Source of the DNA: an uncultured Verrucomicrobiae bacterium
GTDB lineage: Bacteria; Verrucomicrobiota; Verrucomicrobiia; Chthoniobacterales; UBA10450
DNA length: 64,000 bases
NCBI GenBank assembly: GCA_963726745.1
Contig: CAVSDR010000003.1
Location: 768,001 to 832,000 of the forward strand
Direction of reading: 5' to 3'
Each line of letters begins with the position of its first letter. Positions within the stretch are counted from its first letter, which is position 1. The translations under genes were made by a program, and so were the position numbers. Shown one piece after another: positions 28,560 through 37,571 of this stretch. Under the pieces are notes generated by a model that ran no database searches, was not told the origin of the DNA, and saw only the letters and a program-made list of their open reading frames with translations.

Positions 28560-30031
28560 AAGCCGGCATCCTGGCCGCGGGTCGCGGCGAACGTTTGCTC
28601 CGCGCCGCGCCGCTGAAGCCGCTGGCTAAAGTCGGTGGCCGCGCCTTGATCGAGCATGTTCTGCACTCGTTCGCCGACGCAGGCGCAATCGAGGTGACGA
28701 TCATCATCAACGCGGACTCGAGCGCGGTGCGCGACTTTGTCGAAGGGCGGAACTGGCCGTTCGCTCTCCGCTGGATCGTCGAGAGCACGCCGACTTCGAT
28801 GCACAGTTTCCTGCGGCTGGTGGAAACGCTCGCGGCCGGCGGGGACGACGGGCCGTTTCTCCTTTCGACCGTCGATACCGTGGCCGGGCCGCAAACCTAC
28901 CGACGCTTCTTTGCCGCCGCGCAGGCGAGTGCGGCGGACGTGACCCTGGCCTTGACCGCGCCGGGCGATGACGAGAAGCCGCTGCTTGTCCGGCTGGAGG
29001 ACGCGCGCGTCAGCGCGATCGGAAAAGAGGCAGCGGGTTCGGCGCACGCCACCGCGGGAATTTACGCCGTCCGCGCGAGCGTCCTGCGCGAGGCCACCGC
29101 GAGCGCGGGGCTCGGGGCGCTCCGGGAATTTCTTGGGCGACTGCACACGCGCGGCTACCGGCTCGAAGGGATTCCCATCGAACCGACGATCGACGTCGAC
29201 CGCCCGGCCGACCTCGAGACGGCGGCGCGATTTTTTAGCCGGCGACTTGTGGGAATTTATCGCGAGCCGGAATACTCGCCCGGGCGCCACCTCTCGAACG
29301 ACGCCATCCTGCTCGACCAGATCGCGGCGCGCCTGGAGAACGTGGAGCTGCGGCAAATCGAGGAGCTGCCGGAGCAACCGGCGGCGGCGCTGATTTTTTC
29401 CATGTGCCAGGGGCGCGCCGCGCTCGAGCGGCTCGCGGAATGGGAACGCGCCGGCGCGCGGATCGTCAATCGCCCGGAAGCCGCGCGCAACACCCACCGC
29501 GATCGCCTGCCCGGGCTCCTGCGCGCGGCCGGGCTTCCTTTCCCGCGGACCGAGCTGGTCGAGACGCGGGGCCAGCACTCGTTAGGGGAAATCGGCGCCG
29601 GCCTTTGGCTGAAGCGCGGCGACGTCCACGCCTCGGTCGCAGCCGATGTGCAATGGCTCGACTCCGCGGAGCGGGTGGAGGCCGGGCTGGAGGACTTCGC
29701 GCGGCGCGGGATCGAGCGCGCGGTTTTGCAGGAACACCGCGCGGGCGATGAGGTGAAATTCTACGGCGTCGGCCCGGGCGAATTCTTCCATTGGTTCTAC
29801 TCGCGGGAAGCGGCCGGTCATCCGCTGGACGAGAGGGCGCTGGCGGAGTTGGCCGCGCGCGCTGCGACGGTCTGCGGGCTGGAGATTTTTGGCGGCGACA
29901 TGATAATCGGGCCGGACGGCGAACTGACCTTGATCGACCTGAACGACTGGCCTTCCTTTGCCCCCTGCCGCGAAGCAGCGAGCGCGGCGATTGCCCAACA
30001 CCTCCGGAGACGCACCCATCATGTTGCTTGA
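28556..30031 (+). CDS. Nucleotidyltransferase fused to an ATP-grasp domain
   Basis: N-half GILAAGRGERL...KPL, STPTSMHSF, STVDT, IDVDRPAD; C-half WLKRGD, LQEH, VKFYGVG, IFGGDMII, LIDLNDWPSF; continuous ORF. Confidence 0.8.
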   Translation: MKAGILAAGRGERLLRAAPLKPLAKVGGRALIEHVLHSFADAGAIEVTIIINADSSAVRDFVEGRNWPFALRWIVESTPTSMHSFLRLVETLAAGGDDGPFLLSTVDTVAGPQTYRRFFAAAQASAADVTLALTAPGDDEKPLLVRLEDARVSAIGKEAAGSAHATAGIYAVRASVLREATASAGLGALREFLGRLHTRGYRLEGIPIEPTIDVDRPADLETAARFFSRRLVGIYREPEYSPGRHLSNDAILLDQIAARLENVELRQIEELPEQPAAALIFSMCQGRAALERLAEWERAGARIVNRPEAARNTHRDRLPGLLRAAGLPFPRTELVETRGQHSLGEIGAGLWLKRGDVHASVAADVQWLDSAERVEAGLEDFARRGIERAVLQEHRAGDEVKFYGVGPGEFFHWFYSREAAGHPLDERALAELAARAATVCGLEIFGGDMIIGPDGELTLIDLNDWPSFAPCREAASAAIAQHLRRRTHHVA

Positions 30032-31328
30032 AGAAAAATCGTCCACGCAGAGCCGCGCGCTTTTTGCCGAGGAGCAAAAGCACATCGCGCCGGGCATCCA
30101 GACGATCGCGCTCCTCTCCGAACTAACGATCGCGCACGGCCGCGGAAGCACCCTCACCGATGTCGATGGCCGGACGTATCTCGACTTCAACGCCGGCGTT
30201 TCCGTGGCCAGTCTCGGGCATGCGCATCCGCGCTATGTCGCGGCGATGACCGCGCAACTGCAGGCGGTCACAGTAGGGAGTTTCACTTCGCCAGCGCGCG
30301 CGGAATTAGTGCGGCTGATCGCCGAGCTCACGCCCGGGGAGCTCACGCGCACGCAGTTTTTCAGCGGTGGCGCGGAGGCGGTGGAAGCAGCTTTCCGGCT
30401 GGCGCGTTCTTACACCAAGCGCACCGAGATCATCGGTTTCACCCACGCCTTCCACGGCAAAACCGCGGGCGTCCTGCCGATCTCCGACGTCGACTGGAAA
30501 CACGACGTCGGTCCACTGGCGCCGCATCACCCGATCGCGCCTTTCCCCGACCCGACGCGCTTCGACGGCACCCCGGAGGAATGCGCGCAGCACTCGTTAG
30601 GGGAATTGCGCCGCGTCATCGAAGAACAGGCCGGCGGGCGGCCGGCGGCGATCATCATGGAGCCGATCCAGGGGACTGCGGGCAACATCGTGCCGCCGCC
30701 GGGATTCTTTGCCGCGGTCCGCGCGATGGCCACGGAGTATGGCGCGCTTTTGATTGCCGACGAGATGATCACTGGCTTCGGGCGCACCGGACGGATGTTT
30801 GCCAGCGAATGGGACGGCGTGATCCCGGACATCCTGACCGTGGGCAAAGGGATGGCCGCGGGCTACCCGGTCAGCGCAGTCATCTCGACCGACGAGATCA
30901 TGGCCGCGAAGCCGTTCTCGCTCCCGAGCGCCTCTTCTTCGAGCTATGGTGGAAATCCACTCGCGGCCGCGGCGGTGTTGGTCACCTTGCAGACGATCGT
31001 GGAGGAAGACCTGACCGCGCACGGCGCGAAAGTCGGCGCCATTTTGCAGGATGGCTTGCGCGCGCTGGCGGAGAAACACGGCACGATCGCGCAGGTGCGC
31101 GGACGCGGCTTGCTCGTCGGTTTTGACCTGGTCGAGCAAAATAGCCAGCAAGCTCTCTGGCCGAAGCCGCGCTGCATCGAGTTCTTTCAGCGTTGCCTGG
31201 CCGAGGGACTAATCATGATGAGCTACACGCCGCGGGTGCGGGTGCATCCGCCGCTGATCCTGCGCGTGGAGGAAGCGGAGCGCGGGCTCGCGATCATGGA
31301 TCGCGTGCTCGGAGAGATGGGCGCCTGA
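30021..31328 (+). CDS. Class III PLP-dependent aminotransferase
   Basis: DVDGRTYLDF, SGGAEAVEAA, FHGKT, MEPIQGTAG, LIADEMITGFGRTG, TVGKGMAAG. Confidence 0.92.
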   Translation: MLLEEKSSTQSRALFAEEQKHIAPGIQTIALLSELTIAHGRGSTLTDVDGRTYLDFNAGVSVASLGHAHPRYVAAMTAQLQAVTVGSFTSPARAELVRLIAELTPGELTRTQFFSGGAEAVEAAFRLARSYTKRTEIIGFTHAFHGKTAGVLPISDVDWKHDVGPLAPHHPIAPFPDPTRFDGTPEECAQHSLGELRRVIEEQAGGRPAAIIMEPIQGTAGNIVPPPGFFAAVRAMATEYGALLIADEMITGFGRTGRMFASEWDGVIPDILTVGKGMAAGYPVSAVISTDEIMAAKPFSLPSASSSSYGGNPLAAAAVLVTLQTIVEEDLTAHGAKVGAILQDGLRALAEKHGTIAQVRGRGLLVGFDLVEQNSQQALWPKPRCIEFFQRCLAEGLIMMSYTPRVRVHPPLILRVEEAERGLAIMDRVLGEMGA

Positions 31329-32297
31329 TGCTGCGCGGCGCGCTGGTTGGTTTCGGAAACGTCGCAGAGTTCGGTCACTGGCCCGGCTACCGGGAGAACG
31401 ATGCGGTTGAACTCGTGGCGGTGGTCGACGCCTCGCCCGCGCGTCGGGCGCGCGCGCAAGAGCACTCGTTAGCCGCCTACGCCTCGCTCGCGGAGATCCC
31501 GGAGGGCACGATCGATTTCGTCGATATCTGCACGCCGCCGGCGCAACATGCGCGGGCCGATGCTGGAGGCGCTTGCGCGCGGCTGGCACGTGCTTTGTGA
31601 AAAGCCGTTCCTGCTCGACGCGGCCGTGCTCGAGGAAGTGCGCGCGCGCCGGGGCGAGCTCGCGGTGATGCCGGTGCACAATTGGAAATACGCGCCCGTC
31701 ATCCGCGCGGCCAAGCAACGCCTGCCGGAACTGGGCCCGCTCCGGCGCGTGGAAATCCAGACCCTGCGGATGGAAGACGCCGCGGCCGCCGATTCCTCCA
31801 ACTGGCGGCGCGACCCGGCGATCGCCGGCGGCGGCATCCTGCTCGATCACGGCTGGCATTCGCTCTACCTCGCGCAACATTTCTTCGAGGCGGTGCCGCG
31901 GGAAATTAGCGCGCAACTTCATCGCCCGGCACCGGGCGCGGCGGAGGACGAGGCCATCGTGGAACTTGAGTTTGCCGAGGGAAGCGCGCGGATCGAGCTC
32001 AGCTGGAACGCGTCGACGCGGAGCAATCGCCTCCGCTTCCTCGGCGACGCGGGCGAGATGCTCCTGGCCGATGGCGTGCTCCAATTAGCCGACGAGACGC
32101 AAATTTACCCAGCGCTTTCCGCGGGCTCGCATCACCCGGAATGGTTCGCGGCGATGCTGCCGGAGGTGCTCGCGGCTTTTCGGGAGCCGGCGCTTGCACA
32201 CGCGAGCTTCGAGGAAGCGGCTGCCTGCCTCTCGTTAGTCCAGCGGGCGTACGCGACCGCAGATTGGCGGAGCGAAGCGCTTGCGCTTACGCCGTAG
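31328..32297 (+). CDS. Gfo/Idh/MocA-family NAD(P) dehydrogenase (frameshift near 31550)
   Basis: GALVGFGNVA, VDICTPP..H, HVLCEKPF, WRRDPAIAGGGILLDHGWH. Confidence 0.88.
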
Positions 32298-33618
32298 CCA
32301 CGCGCGCGAGGCGCTGCTTCGGCAGGAAAGTGTCGGCAATGATGTTGAGCGCTTCGTCGAGGTCGGCGCGCGAATGGTTCGCGGTCACGCAGGCGCGGAA
32401 GCAGATGCCTTCCTGCGGCACTGCGGGATAATCCACCGGCGCAACCCAGAGACCGCGGCGGCGCAGCTCGTGGCCGAGTTGATACATGCGCGCGCGGTCG
32501 CCCACGATCAGCGGCATGATGTAAGTGGTCGAGGCGCCGGTGTTGATCCCCATGGCGTTGACCTGCGCACGGAAATAGTCGGCATTTTCCCAAAGGCGCT
32601 GGCGCAGCTGCGGCTCGCGGTTGGCGATCTTGAGCGCGGTCAAAATGGCGGCAATGACCACCGGCGGGAGCGCGCAAGAGTAGACGTAGGAATGCGCGTA
32701 GAGCCGGAGGTAATCGAGCGTCTCGCGCGGGCCGGCGACGAAACCGCCAAGCGCGCCGAAGGCTTTCGAAAAGGTGCCGTAGATCAGCGGAATGCGATCG
32801 CCGAGGCCGAAGTGCTCGGCCGCGCCGCGACCGGTGGGGCCGCAGGCGAGCATCGAGTGCGCTTCGTCGATGAAGACGCTCGCGCCATGCGTGTCGGCCA
32901 CGTCGAGCAGCTCCTGAAGATTTCCGAAATCGCCATCCATCGAGTAGATGCCCTCGACGATCACGAGCTGGCGCTTGCCTTTGCGGCGCTGGAGCGCGGC
33001 GTCGAGCGAAGCGGCGTCGTTGTGCTCGAAGCGCTCCATCCGGCAACGCGAAAGGACGGCGCCATCGCGCGAACTCAAGTGCGAGCGATTATCCATCACC
33101 GCGACGTCGGTCTTGCGGAGCAATCCGGAGATCGTGCCGAGCGCGCCGCCGAATCCGCTATTGAACAGAATCGCGTCGTCGCGTCCGAGAAATTGGGCGA
33201 TCGCGCTCTCGAGCTCGCGATGGAGATCGGTCATCCCGGAAAGCGTGGGCGAGCCGCAGGCGCCGACGCCATATTTAGCCAGCGCCTCGTTCGCCGCGGC
33301 GATGACCTCGGGGTGATTCGCAAGGCCGAGGTAATTGTAGGAGCAAAGGTTGATCACCGGCTGCTCTTCGCCCTCGTAACGGATGGTAGTGCGGGCGTCG
33401 GCGCTGCCGAGCATGGCCGGCTCGTAGAGGGCGGCTTCCCACGCGCCGGCCTGGCGCCATGCGGTGAAGCCGGCGGGCGGAATGAGCGGGTCGCTGCTCT
33501 CGCCGACGACGAAATCACCCAAGCTCAGGGAGGAATCAAATCCGTCTGGCGACGGTGAGTCCTCTCGTTTGCGCACGTGCACTGAGTCAGGATTGGGACA
33601 AATCTGCATGGGAATCAA
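32287..33618 (-). CDS. Alpha-oxoamine synthase, serine palmitoyltransferase-like (start 33618 or 33609)
   Basis: CSYNYLGL, FEHND, EGIYSMDGD, IDEAHS, GTFSKAF (PLP lysine); GTFSK resembles SPT more than KBL; co-located with a bCerS-like gene. Confidence 0.75.
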   Translation of the reverse strand: MIPMQICPNPDSVHVRKREDSPSPDGFDSSLSLGDFVVGESSDPLIPPAGFTAWRQAGAWEAALYEPAMLGSADARTTIRYEGEEQPVINLCSYNYLGLANHPEVIAAANEALAKYGVGACGSPTLSGMTDLHRELESAIAQFLGRDDAILFNSGFGGALGTISGLLRKTDVAVMDNRSHLSSRDGAVLSRCRMERFEHNDAASLDAALQRRKGKRQLVIVEGIYSMDGDFGNLQELLDVADTHGASVFIDEAHSMLACGPTGRGAAEHFGLGDRIPLIYGTFSKAFGALGGFVAGPRETLDYLRLYAHSYVYSCALPPVVIAAILTALKIANREPQLRQRLWENADYFRAQVNAMGINTGASTTYIMPLIVGDRARMYQLGHELRRRGLWVAPVDYPAVPQEGICFRACVTANHSRADLDEALNIIADTFLPKQRLARVATA

Positions 33619-33778
33619 CGCAATATCTCAGGGAAGTTCTCCCGGACGCCCGATGCCTGGCGGGAGAGCGCGACCCTAAGGGACGCGTCTGGCTCGCGCA
33701 TGTCTTTTTTCCGGAAGCCGGCGAGGCGAGCGCCGGGAGCAATCCGTGTCTCCGAAGCGCGCAGACCGCGCGAGCGGC

Positions 33779-34378
33779 CTAGGCCGAGGGCGCCGCGCTG
33801 ATCTCGTAGCGAATCGGCTTGAAGCGATAGTTGTTCGACATTTCCGCCGAGCAAGCGGTGAGGCCGACGATCAAGTCCATCTCCGCGCGCAGAGTAATGC
33901 TGTCGCCAGCTTTGGATTTCGGCGGGAGAATCGAAAGCGTCCCAGTCGTCGGATCGACCTCGACGTTCATGAAAAGGTTTAACGTGGTCGGGATGGCGTC
34001 GGGCGCGATCCCGAAGGGCTCGAGGTTGCGCACGAGATTCTCGAAGCAACTCGGATGATAGGCGTCGTTCTGATAAATAATTTCGAAGGTCTCCGGGCTG
34101 CAAGGCGTGAGGAGAAAATCGTGCCGGCCGACGGTGTCGTCGAGGATGGTGAACATCGGCCGGCTGCGATTGGAATAAAGCAGGTGGCCTTTGGTCAGGT
34201 AAATCGTGTTCGCGTAGTCGATGCTGCGACCGGAAGAGAGCCATTCCGCGCGATCCGCCTGGTTAAACGCGGTCAAGTCGGCGACCTGCTCGCCCTCGGG
34301 ATCGATCACGCGCAGGATTTGGCCGCGAGCCAACGTGAACGCGCCGCCGGTTTGCGGCGCCAGGTGATGCGAGGTCAT
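33779..34378 (-). CDS. DUF1989 / urea-carboxylase-associated family protein
   Basis: Start revised to MTSHHLA; RVIDPEGEQVADL, HDFLLTPC, SCFENL, LNLFMNV, LTACSA. Confidence 0.85.
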   Translation of the reverse strand: MTSHHLAPQTGGAFTLARGQILRVIDPEGEQVADLTAFNQADRAEWLSSGRSIDYANTIYLTKGHLLYSNRSRPMFTILDDTVGRHDFLLTPCSPETFEIIYQNDAYHPSCFENLVRNLEPFGIAPDAIPTTLNLFMNVEVDPTTGTLSILPPKSKAGDSITLRAEMDLIVGLTACSAEMSNNYRFKPIRYEISAAPSA

Positions 34379-34382
34379 GAAG

Positions 34383-35105
34383 CTAGTGCGCGAATGGGCA
34401 GCGCGCCGGTGCAGAGTTGGCGCTGGCCGCCTCGACGTGGAATGGCGCCTGCCAATCCTCCGACACCTGCCGTCCGGAGTATTGCCGGGCCTCGGAGCGT
34501 TCGCCGAAGTTGCTGAGCATGGGGTTGAAGCTTCCCTGCAAGGCCACGTCGCGCGAGCGAATTGCCTTCTGCATCCGCTCCCATTTTCCTTCGCGCCGCA
34601 GCCGCTCGAATTGCTCATGCGGATTGAAGACCAGGGCCGGGAACGGGAACTGGCGCGCAAAGCGCGAGCTCCCTGGATGCAAGCCCACGATGTAAAGCGC
34701 AACGCCGGCAAAGCCGAAGGAGAAAAATGGATCGGCTGGATCGGTCGCCGCCGGCCAGGGATCGGTCGCCGCGTCGATGCGATGGAGCTCGCGCAGCTGC
34801 TTCCAGAGAAGCCCCTCAAATTCCTCCTCGGTGCTTTGTCGCGGTTCGCGAAACAGGGCCACGAAAGTGGCAAAGCTATCACCGCTCCGCTCCCCTTGCG
34901 CGAAGGCGGCGAGCGCCGGCGCGAGCTGCGCCGCGGCGACAGACGATCCCAGTTCCTCGCACACCGCCACGCTGACTGCGCCAGAGTTTAGCGCCGCGTG
35001 CGCGCCGAGGCAGGGGAAGCCGGCGTCGCCGATAAAGGCAAGGAATTCCTCCCGCAACGCTTCTTCGGAAAGCTCGTCATTTTCAGCCAAAATCTTCGCA
35101 CGCAT
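34383..35105 (-). CDS. YqcI/YcgG family protein (heme-dependent guanidine N-hydroxylase family)
   Basis: FPCLGA, DPADPFFSFGFAG, GLHPGSSRFAR, VFNPHEQFERLR, SEARQYSG, C-terminal CPF. Confidence 0.85.
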   Translation of the reverse strand: MRAKILAENDELSEEALREEFLAFIGDAGFPCLGAHAALNSGAVSVAVCEELGSSVAAAQLAPALAAFAQGERSGDSFATFVALFREPRQSTEEEFEGLLWKQLRELHRIDAATDPWPAATDPADPFFSFGFAGVALYIVGLHPGSSRFARQFPFPALVFNPHEQFERLRREGKWERMQKAIRSRDVALQGSFNPMLSNFGERSEARQYSGRQVSEDWQAPFHVEAASANSAPARCPFAH

Positions 35106-35231
35106 TTCACTGATGAACGCCCTATGGCCGATTCCCGGATGCGCGCTGCATTCGGGATTAGGAAAAGTCCTAGCTGCGAATCCGCTTCGTCCCAGACCCG
35201 TTGCGCGGCGCGGTGAAGCGAATCGGAGACG

Positions 35232-36242
35232 ATGGCGCCCGGTTGCAGCTACCTCCTGCCGATTCGGCGGACGACTTACTCCGCGCCGGAGACGGAGGAG
35301 CTGCGCGCTTACTTTCTATCGCTCGCACCCACCGGTTGCGAACTTCTGGTGATCGATGGTTCGCCGGACGCCGTTTTTCAGCAACACGCGCAGGCATGGG
35401 GAAAAATTTGCCGGCATCTTCCGGTGGAGCGCCGCTTCGGTTTTCGGAATGACAAGGTCAACGGCGTGCACACCGGCGTGGCCGCGGCACAAGGCGACAA
35501 GATCATCCTGGCCGATGACGACATTCGCTACACGCCGGACGAGATCGCGGCGGTGCTGGCGTTGCTCGATCGATTCGAAGTCGTGCGCCCGCAAAATTTC
35601 CTCCAGCCGCTTCCGTGGTGGGGCAAAACGGAAGCCGCGCGCATGCTCGTGAATCGCGCCACGCTCCGCACCGCCGACTATCCTGGCACCTGCGCCTTCC
35701 GCCGCGCGACCATGCTCGCGCACGGCGAGTACGACGGCGATGTCCTTTTCGATAACGAAGAGATTCTGCGGAACTTCGCGGCGCAAGGTTGTCGGATAAC
35801 TTACGAGACCGACCTCTTCGTGCGGAAGCGCCCACCGCATTTCCGCAAATGGCTCGAGCAACGTCCGCGGCAGGCTTACGAAGACTTCGGCCTGCGCGGA
35901 AAAACGGCGCTGTTTCTGGCGCTTCCCTTTGCCGTGATCCTGCCGGCTATTTGCTTCGGCTGGGCAGGCGCCGGTCGTTCCGTGGCGCTGCTCGCGATCG
36001 TCGCAATCCTCGTCGCCGAAGTCGGACGCCGACGGGGCCGCGCGGCCGAGTTCTTCCCGTTCCGCGTCTCGTTCTTCGCGCCGCTTTGGATCACCGAGCG
36101 CAGCCTGAGCACTTATCTCGCGCTCTACTGGTTCTTCCGGCATGGAGGCTACCCCTTCGGCGATCGCTTCCTTTCGCGAGGCGTCGGGCGCGCCTGGAAA
36201 ATCGGTGGCCGCCTGGCCGCGGCACAGGTCCGGCCGCGCTAA
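35232..36242 (+). CDS. Membrane GT-A glycosyltransferase (GT2/GT21-like)
   Basis: VIDGS, DKVNGV, ILADDDIRY, QRPRQ, C-terminal TM helices. Confidence 0.7.
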   Translation: MAPGCSYLLPIRRTTYSAPETEELRAYFLSLAPTGCELLVIDGSPDAVFQQHAQAWGKICRHLPVERRFGFRNDKVNGVHTGVAAAQGDKIILADDDIRYTPDEIAAVLALLDRFEVVRPQNFLQPLPWWGKTEAARMLVNRATLRTADYPGTCAFRRATMLAHGEYDGDVLFDNEEILRNFAAQGCRITYETDLFVRKRPPHFRKWLEQRPRQAYEDFGLRGKTALFLALPFAVILPAICFGWAGAGRSVALLAIVAILVAEVGRRRGRAAEFFPFRVSFFAPLWITERSLSTYLALYWFFRHGGYPFGDRFLSRGVGRAWKIGGRLAAAQVRPR

Positions 36243-37541
36243 ACGAGGGCCGGGACCTTCTCGCTCACCGCTTCCGCTTCCCGGAGCCGGCACCACCAGC
36301 CGCTTTCGGCCAACGCCGGATGCTCAAAAGCTTCCCCGCGGCTTAGCGCCCGCAGCGCCTCGCCCAGGATCGTCGTCCGCACCTGACCGTCGCTCAGGTC
36401 AAAGACTCCGGCTTCATAGTGTTCGTTAGGCTGCGTCACCAGGCTGTCCCAATCGAAGGCGCCGAGAAGCGACCACGCTGTCAGCGCCCGCACTTCAATC
36501 CCCTCGGCCCGGGCCGTGGTTGCGGCTTCCCAGGCCGCCATCAACCAGCGCAGTTGTTCCTCCGGCGCCGCGGCCAAATGCACTTCTGTGAGCGCAATCG
36601 GCCGGCGATAACGCTCGTGCGCTTCGCGAATCGCCCGCTCGAATCCACAACCCACCTCCGCCGCTCGCACCGCCACTTCATCGGCGTAAACTTCAAAGCC
36701 ATTCCTGCCGTGCGTTCGCTCTTGGTAATTCTCGATCTGCTCGTCCAGAAACCGATCGCTGGTCACGTAGTGATTGATCCCGATGATGTCCGGCGGCGAC
36801 AGCTTGTCGGCTAACGAGTCCAACTCCGCCGCCGTGGCGCCGTGCGCGAGCAGATGCGCTCGCAGGGGATGGCCTGGCTGCACCCGGCCACTGAGTAAAT
36901 CCCATCCAAGCCAGCGGCGCTCGTTATTGAAATCCGCCTGGTAACGCAATCGCGGCGTGCTGAAGGTGCGCCCGAGATCGTCGGTCTGCACAAAGAATAG
37001 CCGACGAGTTCACCCGACGGATCGCCCTCATCGCCAGGTCGCTTCCGCGGGCTTGCTGGAGCAGGGCCCGCACGAAAGTCGCCTCGTCACGGCCGTGCGG
37101 AAACCAGTGTCCGTAAAGTCCGCAAAAGCGCGCGGTCGTTACAGGTTCGTTGATCGGCGTGTAGGCGTCGATCCATGGATAACGTTCCGCCACGCGCGCG
37201 GCAAAGGCGGCAAACTTTTCCGGAAACGCCGGGTCCACCAGGCTGGTGTAACGCGGCCCGCTTCCATGGTGCAGCAGGCCGGCAATCGGCCGCAGCCCAA
37301 GTTCCCGCAAGCGCGCGAGGCCAGCGTCCGTCCAGCGCCAGTCGCACTCCTCCGGGGAATCAGGAGCGATAGTTTCCCACAAGATGGGAAATCGCAGCCG
37401 CTGGAGCCCCAGCGCCGCAAAACGCCCGAGATCTTCCAGCGCGCGTTCCCAGTGGCCGGTGCGTTCCAGTTGGTTCGAGAAGCGGTTGCCGACCCGGTTG
37501 ATCGTGCACTCCGCTCCGCCCCAAATCTCCAGCGCGTCCAT
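36239..37541 (-). CDS. Glycoside hydrolase family 1-like protein (frameshift near 36990)
   Basis: WGGAECTINR, LRFPILWE, LLHHGSGP, TPINEP (acid/base), GINHY, ALTEVH (nucleophile), WSLLGAFDW. Confidence 0.8.
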
Positions 37542-37571
37542 CGGGTTCTCCGCGTCTGCGCGGAAGCTTCG

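Noticed and set aside
32287..33618. Oxoamine synthase as BioF or KBL
   Set aside because: No biotin genes or threonine dehydrogenase nearby; the GTFSK motif and bCerS-like neighbour favour SPT. Phylogeny is still needed.
34383..35105. Guanitoxin or cycloserine biosynthetic cluster
   Set aside because: Only the YqcI/YcgG family gene is present; other pathway genes are not recognisable.
35106..35231. Guanidine riboswitch upstream of YqcI/YcgG-DUF1989
   Set aside because: Two small hairpins are present (CCCGGATGC/GCATTCGGG and TAGGA/TCCTA), but not the twin ACGR-loop hairpins of guanidine-II or a recognisable class I/III consensus. An Rfam scan would decide.
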